Both the position numbers and the translations under genes were made by a program. A DNA stretch of 52,419 bases from Perkinsus chesapeaki ATCC PRA-425 (lineage: Eukaryota; Protista; Perkinsozoa): NCBI GenBank assembly GCA_013115145.1, contig JAAPAO010000212.1:1-52419 (forward strand), read 5' to 3'. The notes beneath the pieces were generated by a model that worked only from the letters and a program-made list of their open reading frames with translations, was not told the DNA's origin and did no database searches. Shown here piece after piece: positions 9,501 through 23,000 of this stretch; the first letter of the stretch is position 1, and the number at the start of each line of letters is the position of its first letter.

Positions 9501-11587
9501 CGCCGGTCCGCGAGCAAGCGGCTAAATGCAATGGTGAGCTCCTATGACGGGAGTCCTATCACAGAAAACGAATAGATCAGACAAAACGATACAGGTAATA
9601 TGATAATATATATTTAATAATATCAATCATTCGACGAACTAGTGATCATCCCCATTGGGAGTTCCTGTCACTCGAGCGAGACCTCCCCAATAATAAATCT
9701 AGTGCACATGACCCATATACTATTTCCAGGAATCCAGCCCATACGATCATTCTTACTCCTAGTCCACCTGTCGACTACATTCTAACCCCCGAAAAGTGTC
9801 CTTGATGCATAGGAACAGATACGACGGAGTCAGTCTCAAAATATGTTTCTAGACAGCAGGAGGCATGAGATGCATCTCTTCAGTCTCCACTAGTAGCTTA
9901 TACTCCTCAATGACTCCCTGCTCAACACACACAGGAAGTAGACGATGGAAGAGCTCAATACTTTAGTTACAGTGGATAAAACTTAATCACAGACTCTGGT
10001 CCGATCTTCCATCACTTCTCGCATCCAACCAAATGTAGATAGGACAATCGAGCATCACAATAGGTTCTTAGTGCGAAAATATAACAAAAAAATTCCAGAA
10101 AATCAAGCAGAATTTTCCCCGAAAAATTATTCTCCTATCGAGACGCCATACATACATTTTGACACCGCGGAATTGCAGAGCCAAAAGTACCCAGAAAATG
10201 CCACCCCCGAGGATCGAACCCGGGACCCTCCGTTACCTGTGCGTATCGCTTATCACTCGCAAAGGCTGTAAGCTGCTCCGTAGCACTCACCAACATAACC
10301 AACCTCTTTAACGCGGTCACAGTCGCCGTGATGTGCCTCTTGGCAACATCTAGCGCTGCAACATCTCCGGAAACCGATTGGACTAGACTCTCCGACTCCG
10401 CAGCTCGCGCGTGAATAGACTCTATCTTGCCTGAGCCATAAATGTATAAAGCTCGCCCAGTAGTTCAAATTCGAGCCTCTTCCAATGTTGAAATAGAGTA
10501 CTAAGTTGAATAAAAAGTATTCGAGATATGCCAATAATAATAGATAATAAAATATGAATGTATAATGGGAGATATAGCAGTGGGTTAGGAAGGAACCGGC
10601 AACTGTATCTTTTTCCAGAATATCTAACGCCGTTAACTCTCTCCACAAAATAGAGCTGCACAGCGAATTAAATATATGCATATCTGTTAATAGCCAAATC
10701 TTCGTTCCCGTCTCAATCGGACTCATTGGACCGCTTCTTCAGGAATCCAGATTATCACTCTCACTCATCGATCGATATCGCCGCAACTGTGTGGCAATTT
10801 ACAATAGCAAAACTATAATATCCTTTCTGGGACCTCAAGGTGATTCTCACTTGGCAAAAACTGCTAATAAATTCCCAACACTTGAACTGCCCATATTTCC
10901 TCCCCGACCATTACTGTGCAACTCCTTCATGCCGTCCGTTGCTCTCTCAAGGGCCTTCTCAGCATCGCCATCCACCACCCTTTGCGCATGCCGACGTATG
11001 CCGCAATCGATCTCCTTGTCAAGCTCGGATATCTCAGCTTCAACCGCGGATAATCTGCACAGAAAGATTCATCCAAACTGAGGACATTTTATATATCATA
11101 GAAATGAAGTTCTTCATTACGTTGCATACGCATCCGATCCCTAAAATGGCAAACTGCCTCTCGACTACTCTACCCAGTTGAGCGCTGCGGAACCCTCAAC
11201 CCCTAACCCCTATGGAAAATACAGATCTCTAATGCCGGAGATGCCAACGTCCACCAGAATTTTGGAAAATTTTCCCAGAAACTTCTGTTCTTCGCCGTCA
11301 TATCCGGGCCACCACAGGCGAGTGATACACTCACATTGACAACCGCAATTGAATCTTCTATACCCTTTCCGTAAGGCCAGCCCTTCCACTGCTGCTGCTC
11401 CCTTCTACTACCTAGCATCAGCATCTTTAAGGCTGCCTTCATCTGGGAACATATCATTGATGTATTCAACCACATCGAAGTCAGCCTGCTCAAGCGGGTC
11501 CGATTGGTCGTTAGATTCACTAAGGGCCTTTAGGAGCTCCGGCGGCAGATCGACATCAGCATAGTCATCGATGGAATAATCATTCAT
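3513..11587 (-). CDS. VPS53: GARP complex subunit Vps53, multi-exon (more than 15 exons)
   Basis: Spliced exons give FDVVEYINDMFPDEGSL, LDVAKRHITATVTALKRLVML, CERRFGWLSRTLRKYNSEHREYFPSEWRV, FKGIVSNCFEPYLSIWV and SVVELFTKMKKLFKSCKSVST, all matching recalled Vps53 blocks. The C-terminal exons are less certain. Confidence 0.88.
5380..5395 (+). repeat. AAAGGCGGAGCGAAGC, copy 1 of a 16-bp direct repeat in Vps53 intron 5350-5663
   Basis: Identical 16-mer at 5635-5650. The core GCGGAGCGAAGC is also at 8609-8620, 16265-16276 and 37342-37353 (reverse strand). Confidence 0.9.
5635..5650 (+). repeat. AAAGGCGGAGCGAAGC, copy 2 of the 16-bp direct repeat
   Basis: Identical to 5380-5395; lies 13 nt inside the intron donor at 5663. 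Confidence 0.9.
7504..7576 (-). tRNA. tRNA-Lys(TTT), sense within Vps53 intron 7478-7643
   Basis: Full cloverleaf GCCTCGG...CCGAGGT-G, D arm GCTC/GAGC, loop CTTTTAA, T arm GTGGG-TTCGAGC-CCCGC, followed by TTTT. One T:C mismatch in the anticodon stem. Confidence 0.9.
10199..10236 (-). pseudogene. 3' half of a tRNA (Thr-like) forming the first 38 nt of Vps53 intron 9421-10236
   Basis: GTAA CGGAG GGTC CCGGG TTCGATC CTCGG GGGTGGC A then TTTT. The T stem pairs and the 7-nt acceptor strand ends GGC (G1-C72, C2-G71). The GT-AA anticodon remnant fits an NGT anticodon. Confidence 0.72.
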
Positions 11588-11628
11588 TACCAAAAAACTA
11601 AACAATGATGCAAATTAACCTAGGATGA

Positions 11629-11820
11629 ATCTTCCAGTCTCAGCTCGAGCGTATCTTTCAATCTGAGCTCAAGTGTATCTTTCCGTGTCAGCTCAAACGT
11701 ATCTTCCAATCTGAACTCGAACGTATCTTTCAATCTGAGCTCAAACGTATCTTCCAATCTGAGCTTGAATGTATCTTCCAATCTGAGCTTAAATGTATCT
11801 TCCAATCTGAGCTCGAACAT
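11629..11820. repeat. Tandem repeat, 8 x 24 bp (ATCTTCCAATCTGAGCTCRAAYGT), open on the minus strand as (FELRLEDT)n
   Basis: Units are directly visible; ORF 11620-11826 spans them. No spacers between units. Confidence 0.95.
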
Positions 11821-12086
11821 CATCATTTATACTATATCATTCATTAAATAACCACAACATCATTTGGTGTTGATTACCTCATTCGTTGTATATTTTACTG
11901 CTATCAATTCAACATCCCCTATTATTGATAGCCAGTATTAAAGCGTCGCTACCAACCAAGCTGATATTTATTTGAACATACTATTATAACTTCATATTAA
12001 TCCATCCAACCACACACCCCCACTTCCGACTAGTACAACACAAATCCAGTATCTCCAAAATTAGAAACTTCGCAATCACATTCCCC

Positions 12087-13310
<1,224 letters not shown>

Positions 13311-13839
13311 TAGGAACACGGAACTTGAATTAAAATAGATTATTATACGGTTTAATGACACGCAGAAGGGAGATATGGCTTAGCAAAGCAACTGAAACCC
13401 ACAATGGTAGGATAGTACAAGAAATGAACGAAGGAACATTACCAATCGCGCAACAGCGGCGCTATAATCAAGAATGGTATATTATACCGTAGTAGATAAT
13501 ATACATTATAAATTCATCACATGTAAAATCATACAGTTAACTACTATGTAAACATACTATATCAAAGTTGTAAATAAACAGTTTAAAAGGGAAATATAGA
13601 GTAGTAACTTTTTATTAACATAATAATACAATCAACAAGTATGAAACGGGACAAACGGAAGCTGAAACAGGACACTTCCTATCCAGCTGAGCTGGACAAA
13701 CATGCAGAAGGGCGCAACACAATATTCAACTTTGTCAGTGCGGTGGCCAATAGAGGAATTCATAATGTACGCAAGAATTCAAGACAAACCTGAACGCATT
13801 CCGCTATCACCGGCTGTGAGGAAGGCAAGCTATTCCATC

Positions 13840-13913
13840 GCCCGATTAGTTCAGCTGGATAGAATGTCTGCCTACGGAGCAGATGGTCGTAGGTTCGAAT
13901 CCTGCATCGGGTA
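13840..13913 (+). tRNA. tRNA-Arg(ACG), intergenic
   Basis: Cloverleaf GCCCGAT/ATCGGGT-A, anticodon arm TCTGC-CTACGGA-GCAGA, T arm GTAGG-TTCGAAT-CCTGC. Confidence 0.95.
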
Positions 13914-14073
13914 TTTAATACCATTCTTCATGCTGCTCTCTTTAACTAGTACTCTTGCCCATATGAACCACCATATCCAATAAAATGACTCGAAGAACCC
14001 AACACAGTGATGTATTTTTACAACAAGCAAACAGCACAGGAATCATGCAAACATATTATCTCTAAGCGAGATC

Positions 14074-17000
14074 CTACATAAGGTTACTCTGCAATTGACT
14101 GAATATACCCGCTCGGCTCTTCGTCGTCCCGGAGGCCGATCCAAGCAGCCGAGTGCCCTTCCTGTCACCAGATCTCGGAGTCGACGATCCCAAATGAGAA
14201 TCCGTATGGTTCATCTTCTGCTCGTCCGCTATCTCCAACAATGCCGTCTCGCAGTCAGTAATGATATCCAACAGCTCCTCGAGTTTAGTTTGCTCCTTCA
14301 CCAACTTTTTGTCATCCGGTGTGTGTTCCAGTTTCTCATCAACCTTCGCCTTTGCCACCTGCAACGCCGTCTCGCTCACAGATAGCTCCAGCGCATCAAT
14401 TAACTCATCCGCCACCACTCTCCGAGCGTCGCTCGCAAACGGCCCAAGACTGTCGAAATCCGGAACCAAAATGCCGAGTATCTTCCTCAAGCCACCAGGG
14501 TCACCAATCTTGCTCACATAATAAAGAAGAAACGATCCCCACGGCGCCACGTACTTGAAGTCTATTTTCTCAATCACCTTCTCAATCAGCAACAAGCACA
14601 CATCACTATTGCCAACCTCCAGCGATTTCTGCAAGCAGTTGGCGTAATACTTTCCTTCCTGGTCACCACTAATCTTCACAAGCGGCATCAGCAGCGTCAC
14701 AACTCCTTTAGATTTCAGGCACCCACACGCAACCTCGAAGCTCTCAAGGTAATCTTCCTCCATGAGCACCTCCTTACAACCGCCCTTCGGTCCCAACAGC
14801 CACTTCACCGCCTTCTCCTTGTTTGCCTTGCACGCCGAATAAAGCGTACTATGCCCGTCTTGTGTCCTCGCTGTCCCGAAATCAACTCCCCGACTTGCCA
14901 GTTCCTCCAATGCCTTCTCGTCCAGCGATTTCACCGCAGCGTTCGCGAGCGTTTCACCAAGAAGATTCTTTGATTCGTTCAACAGCGGTGGGTGTGCCGC
15001 AATCACCGCATCGATAAACTCGAAATTTTTCTTCTGCGCCGCCGCTCGGAGATCGTCCACCACCACCCCGTCCACGCCGATGCGCTCATAGAGCAAATCG
15101 ATCACTTCTTTCTTCCCCTTTTTCAGCGCTGTTTCCAAGGGAGTGATACCCAGCTGACCCTTCTCCACATCCACCGAGCCCACCGGCCTCGTTGGATCAG
15201 CATGACCGATATCGAGCAATACCCGCACCGCTTCGGTGTGCCCAGCCGACACCGCTCCATGCAAGGCAGTGAATGTTGAAGGCATCGGCCTGAGCACGAG
15301 TAAGTACGTAAAGGCGTAAAGACGGTTTATACATAGAACCAGACTTCTTGCCAACGGCAGGGATCGAAATACACTTCTCGAACGTCGAGAAGTCCTACTA
15401 GTGCGGAGATACACAACTTACACAACCAGTACAATAGTAACACTCCCAAGCACGCCTATTAAAACGTATAAGCCCGATAAGGAAAAATTCCTGTTCAAAA
15501 AAATATAAACCATTTTTTCTGCGCACTCCTCCTCCTCCTAGCACTCTGCCTAGCACCCCACATAACTGCACCAAAATCTTATTCTCCCCCACAGTAACCT
15601 CCAAAACCAAATGGTGCGATAAATTTCATTACAGGTACATACAAGTGCTCTTGGAATGATCAAGCGCGCCCACTGACCACTTACTTGTCGACCTCTGCTT
15701 TCAATTCGATCAACTTCTTGATCACTTCAATCTGTCCCGATCCCGCCGCGATGTACAGCGGCGTGCTGCCGGTCTTCGGATGGTGCGAATTCACGCTTTT
15801 CTAAATGCAAAAATGAGCCGCTAAATTTCCCGAATTTCGGAAAATTTAATTCTTTCAAGCCGATTTCGCGCGGGGAATAATACGACACTTGGCCAAGAGA
15901 AAAACGAAAAGTGAAGGCAGTCCGGAAGTTCCCAGAGTTGGGAAGCCGACGTACAAGCAAGAAGGGGAGGAGGATGATGATGAGACGCTCATCTTCCCAG
16001 ACATCAGTCTCGAGATTTGACTTAGCCTGCACGCACTGGGAATGACTAGAATTGCTACTAGAAAATTGAACCCTGAACTTTTTCCTGGAGCCAGACTCAC
16101 CACGTGTTCCTTTTTATTCGGATCAAGATTCTCAAAGATGGTCATGTCGCCTTGCTTCGCCGCGTCATACAAATCAAACGCTCTAATGTAGTTGATCACC
16201 TCATCTTGACCATACTTCATCGCCAAATCAAGAATCTAAACCACAAAAAATGCAAACATAAATCGCTTCGCTCCGCCCTACTGTCTGTCCCATTCTATTC
16301 ATAATACTAATATTCACACCAGCGTCGACCAGGCTCGTAACGATGTCGAGATTCCCCCGAATCGCTGCCAAGTGCAGAGGAGTGTGCCCCGCTCCCTGGG
16401 CAAGCATCGGCATCTCAACATGCGGGTCCGGGTTGGGCTCCGTGTAGGCCTCCAAGGCTTTAGGCATCGGGAACAACTTAGTGTTAATAAGGAACTCCAA
16501 CATCTGATGAAGAGCGCAAATCGATCGTTCGATCGATTTGGATATTTCTCCCGCTGAGCTCACCCCAACTTCTCCTGATTCTGCTGCCAAATGTATGAGA
16601 TTTCGTCCTTCCGTGTCGTGTCCGTATTTCTCGCTTAACTGTCGAGTTGTGAGAGGTATCCGGAAGGCCGGCACGATCGGCTGACCCTCAACTTCGTAAC
16701 AGTAGAAGGTCTATTACATTATGTCAAATAGTAACATGAAGCATGCTTCAAGCTAAGATACCCACCCGCATAATGTCGAACTTCTCCCCTGTTCTTTGTT
16801 CCTTCTCCATTGCATCCGTGATAATCCTTAAAGTGATGGCTTGACAACCCTGCATCACCGCCGCCGCCAGAACCTAACAATACGGCAAGGTCGTCAGGAG
16901 TTCGAGCTCCGGACTCAAGCATGCTTTTGTTAAACAAGGCAACTTATTGAGATATCTCAATCTCAACTACCTACTACAAACTCGATAGACGTCGATATAA

Positions 17001-20000
17001 ATTTATATCACTATTAATACTAGGCTAATGTAGGAGGCCATGTGCGTTATTCTTTCGAAGGCTTGGTCAGCCGTACTCTTGTCATTGTACCGACCTTATA
17101 AACTCCGATAGTGCCGTCAGGAAGCTATGGCGTCGCCTGGCCGTATGGCGGCCGCAAGCGAGAGAGAGAGAAATCACTATTGATACTGGTAATACACTAC
17201 CTATATAATATGCTCAGGGTTAACACCTACACTAGCATTTATATACATTTTACTACGTATTATTACTATCTATACACCTGGTACTAATATATCACGCAAA
17301 TACACGAATGACATACACAGGAGTTTGGCGCTGAAACCTGGGGGATGGGGAACGTATCCTTGAGGAGCTCATTAATGAGCACAGCTTAGTTATTCTTCTT
17401 AAACCCTCGAAGAACACTAATTGATAAGGATTTGACCAGGCGCAGCGTATTAAAGCAAATAGCGGGTGTCACTGGTGTCGAGATACAATTACGATAAAAT
17501 AGGTTCCAGAATTCTTAGGAATGACTTTTACATCTCTCAGCATTGAAGAGCTACTGTGTGTTTAAAATGAAGAGAGAATTAGAGGTGCAATGTAACATAT
17601 TGCAATGAGCTCTTTCAGTTGATAACGCAATCCTTCTTCCAAAACCACTAGCAATGATGGACATACTTTTGCCCCACCTGCTGAGGATAACCGACAGACA
17701 GCGAACGATGCCATTCATTCTGGACATTCATCTCTACACCCAACTTCAATTTTGGACAAGAGACTCCGACCCGCTACCCACCTGGTATCTCATCGCCAAC
17801 GGCGCCTCCAGTATCGGTGCAACTGGATCGAGCGATGGCTCCGAGGCATGGTGCAGACCGTGGAAATGCAGCGCTGCCAGAGGGTGCTTTCCCTCCTCTT
17901 TTTGCAGGAAGAACAAATCGCTATTCCTAGCAAGCACTGCGACCGCGGCGGTGTTGTTCGATCTGAGCGTCATTTGAAGTGGAGTTAGCCTGTTGCTGGC
18001 CATTTGCTGAGAGAACGAGAAAATATAATAAATGTTTCATATCAAAAATTTCGGATAGAATTTGCGAATTAAGGACCCTTCAAGAATCATCCTTGTATGA
18101 ACGATATTTACATGAATTATATCCCCATCGAGAATGCTATATAGTGTGACCATCTCGAAAAGCTTTAATTTTTCCGAGTCATCGCCGAACAACCCATTGC
18201 TCTTATCATCAGCCAGCCATCCTCACCGTGCCGTAAATCTCCGGATCTTGCTGACGCTCCGGTGCGTTTCCCGCTTCCACGAATGAGCCCATCATACTTG
18301 GCGACTTCATCAGTTTATTATCTCGATGCACCTCACCGGCATTTTGCCCTTGGTGATGCATTCCGGCCTTGGACGAGTTCGTCAGATCACCTTCGGGTTT
18401 GTAGAAGTAGTTAACCTGAATGCCTTACATCCCACCCAGGCTCCGAATTTCTCTCTCAAGATGGAAAAAGAGCCGAAATTTACGAAAATTATTTTCATCG
18501 CCATCGGCGTGTGTGGGCCACCAGATGCGCATTTTCAAACACGGTACCAAACAGTAAGAGCGGAGCTTCGACGACCTTATCATTGATGGCCTACTTCGGG
18601 CCGGATTGCACAAAGATGCATTCCAGAGACCCGAGTATTACAATAATTAAGTGATAGTATTTATAAATACAAGATATAATATATCAAGATTAATATAAAA
18701 TATATATATCAGGTCATCCCCAGCTATTGATATTTATATAGGTATTCGAGGTGCGCAAACTGCTCATGGTTGAAGAGCTTCGAAATGAGCGACAAGTCAG
18801 AGGACACGTGAGGACATGATGGAAACTACGCAGAAAATATATGCTTGGACTCCCACATGGACTGCATTCCTCCCGGAAGCACAGATATGGAATGCCTCAA
18901 ATTCGACATGAACTCTTCCTTGAGCCATTCGGCACCATCGACTTACCCGAGCCTCGGCGCCCAGTAGCAGCAGAAGGACCTCCGCATGACCGTGGAGCGC
19001 TGGCTTGCAGATAACGTGACAATTGTACTCATCGGTGGCGTTCGCCGAGGCACCCTCGACTAAGATTTGAGAAAATGTCGGTATGAGCCACGACTCAAAC
19101 CCACTTATCAGCTCCTCCACGTGCTTCACCTTCTCCTCCATCAAATCACCTCCGGGATTCGGCCCGATCCCATCAACAACCATAAAGAGGCATTTCTCCA
19201 GATAAAGCTCGTGAAGATCCGGCATCACATTTACGCACTTCTCCACGAAAGCCTCTCGGTCCAATTCGTAGACTTCACAGAAAGTAGTGCACACCGCAAT
19301 GTCCGGCCATTCGTATTCGCTCGTGAACAGCGCTTTCTCGCCGACATAATCCCCCGGCACCAGCGCGGTTATATTCTTGTTGAACCCGTAAATTGACCCT
19401 CGCAGAGATGTCCGCCTCACTGGCTCTTTGTTCAAAGCAGGATCGTTTAGCGCCAAATAAGAGGCCCATGTGTCCAACTTGTCTGCTGAATCGCTCTTTT
19501 CTGGTTTATCCTCCCCAGCTGGAAGAGGAGCCGAGTCATCTGCAACCGCAGACGTCGGTGAATCATCACCACACTTGTCGCGATCAGTCGAACTACTTAC
19601 TTGTTGTTTTCTCACGTTTGCATTTGATGAGACCCTTGACCAGGAATATCATCGATTCTGCCTTATCCCCCGCATAGAAGACAAGATCACCAGGTGCGAA
19701 GTATCTGAATCGCCCTAAATCGCACACAGGCACCATACAGGCATATTTCTCGTACTCACTCCATGAAGAAAAAATGAAAGAATATACCTTATTATACTAT
19801 CAATTGTTATTAATATTATACTCAAGGCCATATTAATAACATAAATATCTACTACATATTGTATGTTAACCGATCTCCGAAGTAATCAACTTTTCCGAAT
19901 ATACTCGAATGCTCCTCCACATCGACGGGCGAAAAGTACAAATTTGACAGCGCGATCTTCGCGCAACGCACGCGAGGACGCTCAAGTGTTATTTCCGGGA

Positions 20001-23000
20001 CTCTGATTTTTCTAACTCACACCCTCCTCGAGGCGCGATGCACTACCGCTGGGAATGAGTAATTGTATGAAGCTGGACATCTGCAAGAGCCACTCACTTG
20101 GTCAATACAATAGAGGCGATTCGGCCTAGTTGAGCATCAGTCAGCTTCACGTCAAACCACTTGTAGTTCCTCAACAACTTCCCCATCACACCCACCAGCA
20201 CTCTGCTCTGGAGACCTTCAGACGTACGGAGAAGACTGAAAAAAGTTCAACAGTACGAGTTGCTGCAAATTTCTGCGAAAGTGTCGGTATGCAATATTGC
20301 AGGCTTTTCCAGCCTCACGATGGTAAGCGAGACCGGAGCTGCGATTAGGTTTGAAACGCAATTGAGGCATGTTGATAATTTATCACTGATAAGCTTAGAC
20401 TCTTTTCACAGGTGCTTCGAGTGCCTTTTCGGTCTGGACTATTTGGCAACCGGTCAGGCAGCCTAGTTGACCACCGAGGTGAAATTATGGCCTTTCTGAG
20501 TTCTATCAAAACCATCTCCGGTGGAGCTTCACCATGAAATGTGTCCCTGCTTTCCCGAGTAATTCTACTCGGGAACTGAGCTGACACACATTCCAGATGG
20601 AGAGAAGACGAGACAGCGGCTTTAAGCGCGCCCATCCTGCTTCGGCGTACTCGACTTTGACAAGAAGTACCAACGAAATCGGAGATGAAGCCCATCTGGG
20701 CCACTTGAGGGCGGCGGAAACGCTCACCCCTCAGCCGACAACAAGACAACAAACCCACGTGAGAAGGTCCCCCTTGGCCTGCTCGTTGGCTTGGTTCTGG
20801 AAGAGCCGCTCGATAAACTGCCGAACTTGCTGCTGCACACCATTGTCGACGTTATGCCGGTTCATATACCTAGTTCGTGGCATAGTCCCCCCCCCTACTG
20901 CTCGTAGTGCACGTACCTCATCGCAGTCTTCAGGCGTCCACGGAACTGGGCTCCAACTTCATCGTAGGTAAGAATCAACGAGCACAAGAGACCAGAGAAA
21001 AGTGCGAACAAGTTGCCCGCGAGGATCTCGCAGATAATACAGAACCTGAGACAGCAGGATCCGTCTCTTCCGACTCGGTTCACGGTTTCCAGACTTGAGC
21101 CACTCCGACTCTCGTTGCCCCACCACTCAGTAGGAAGATCCGAGTATACATGTCGAATATTAAGCTTGACTTTAGATCATTCGATCAGGGACCTCATATA
21201 GTCCAGAAACAGGGATGCGCAAGAACTCCAGGAACTTCTCAAATGAGCAGGCCAATATCGGAGACCACTTTCCAGCGGCGTGGGCGCACAAAATAGTATA
21301 TGTCGATAGGAGTCAGTGATGACTTACACTCTCTCCGAATGGGAATATGCGTGTATGTCTCCGTAGCCGACTGTGGTGATGGTCGAGGTCATGAAGTAGA
21401 GGCATGCGGTGTACTGCTCTGCACGACTGGCGGTCCAGAGGTCGGTATACTCGAGACCGAATTCCTGGCATAATAAAATGCACTCTCCGAGATTCGAACC
21501 TCCGCTTACCGGTATCCAACCTTCAGGTCCGTTTCCACTGAGATAGCCCGACACTCCAACAGACCACCAGATGCATGCGCCCCAGTGCGCCACCAGTATC
21601 AACAGCGTCACCAACTTGGCGATCCCCAAAAGGATGAACAACATTTCGTTTTGGACTTTGTACTCGATTCGGCTCATGATCTGGTGCCTAAGGTAGCCTG
21701 TTCTCCCCACGATGAGCAAGCGGAGGAGCCTCAGCCACTGGCAGACGCTTGTTTCGCTGCGAAAGACCAAGTATGGGAAGGCACCAATGACATCCAGGAT
21801 GAACCAAGACTTGAGGTAGCGCAAAGCGAGCACCTTCGGGTCCCGAACAAGCGCGCCGTTGCTGTAGAAGCCGGTGAGGAAGGTGACGATAATATTGACC
21901 GCAAAGACGGCATCTTGGATAGGCAAGAACTGCATGATGTCGGAGTCTAGACGCTCGGCTTCAGACTGGTAGAAGGCCAGGGAGAAGGGGATGGTGACAG
22001 CTTGATAGATATGGAAGGTTGATATTATCAGATCCCACACAAGCCTGAGAAAGCACAAGAAATACAAATGAATTCTATTATGAAATCATGTGAATCAAAA
22101 TATGCATAGTAGAGAAATAAATCATAATATGCACAGTAGAGAAATAAATCATAATATGCATAGTAGAGAAATANNNNNNNNNNNNNNNNNNNNNNNNNNN
22201 NNNNNNNNNNNNNNNNNNNNNNNNNNNNNNNNNNNNNNNNNNNNNNNNNNNNNNNNNNNNNNNNNNNNNAGAAATAAATCATAATATGCATAGTAGAGAA
22301 ATAAATCATAATATGCATAGTAGAGAAATAAATCATAATATGCATAGTAGAGAAATTTCGAGGCACTTCAAGTTTCAATGTTTAACTGGATAAGGGTCGG
22401 GGGGCAACATCAAGCACGGGGCATTTACCCTTGCGATAATACAAGGGAATGTGACTGACACCAATGCGAACAAAACTCACCTTATCTGCGAGTGAGGGTC
22501 AAAGGCGGCCAATCTGGCGGCGTTCTTAGCAGCGGATAAAGGGTCTCTGAATATCGATGTGAAGCTTCGTCGGAGCATCTGTCTTCGGTATTCCAAATCT
22601 CCCTCATCTTCATCAGATGATGACATCATCTCCTCCAACTGAAGGACACACAGGGACATCTCTCGACCTACCACTCCACCGAAGTGGCAAGATGCAATCT
22701 TAGGGAAATTAATTCACAAACGTACGAAGAGGAGAAATGTACTTCAAAGACACCAAAACACGCTCCAAATCGCCATACTAATGCCCATCATCAACAGCCT
22801 CACCTCATCGCGCTTCAAGCGTTTAGTCCTGTGATGTGAACTGCCATGATGGGACTTCCGGGCCCCTCCCAATATACTTCTCGCTCTCTCGGCACCCAAA
22901 GCATCTGATCGAGAAAGAGTCGCCAGAGTTTCTTCAACAGTCTCCTCATTTGTTCGTCTTGTTGAACTATCTTCGGATCGTTTCATAAACCGCAGTAGGA

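Noticed and set aside
2913-10236. Split or permuted tRNA assembled from the 5' and 3' fragments
   Set aside because: The halves are different isotypes, acceptor strands do not pair (GGTCTCG vs GGGTGGC or CAACGCC), and no intron carries both halves.
11629-11820. 24-bp (and 27-bp at 22095-22356) repeats as CRISPR arrays
   Set aside because: Units are contiguous with no unique spacers, there are no cas genes, and the context is eukaryotic.
20345-20758. 137-aa ORF as a channel exon
   Set aside because: The C-linker is continuous only when this region is skipped, and the translation lacks family motifs.
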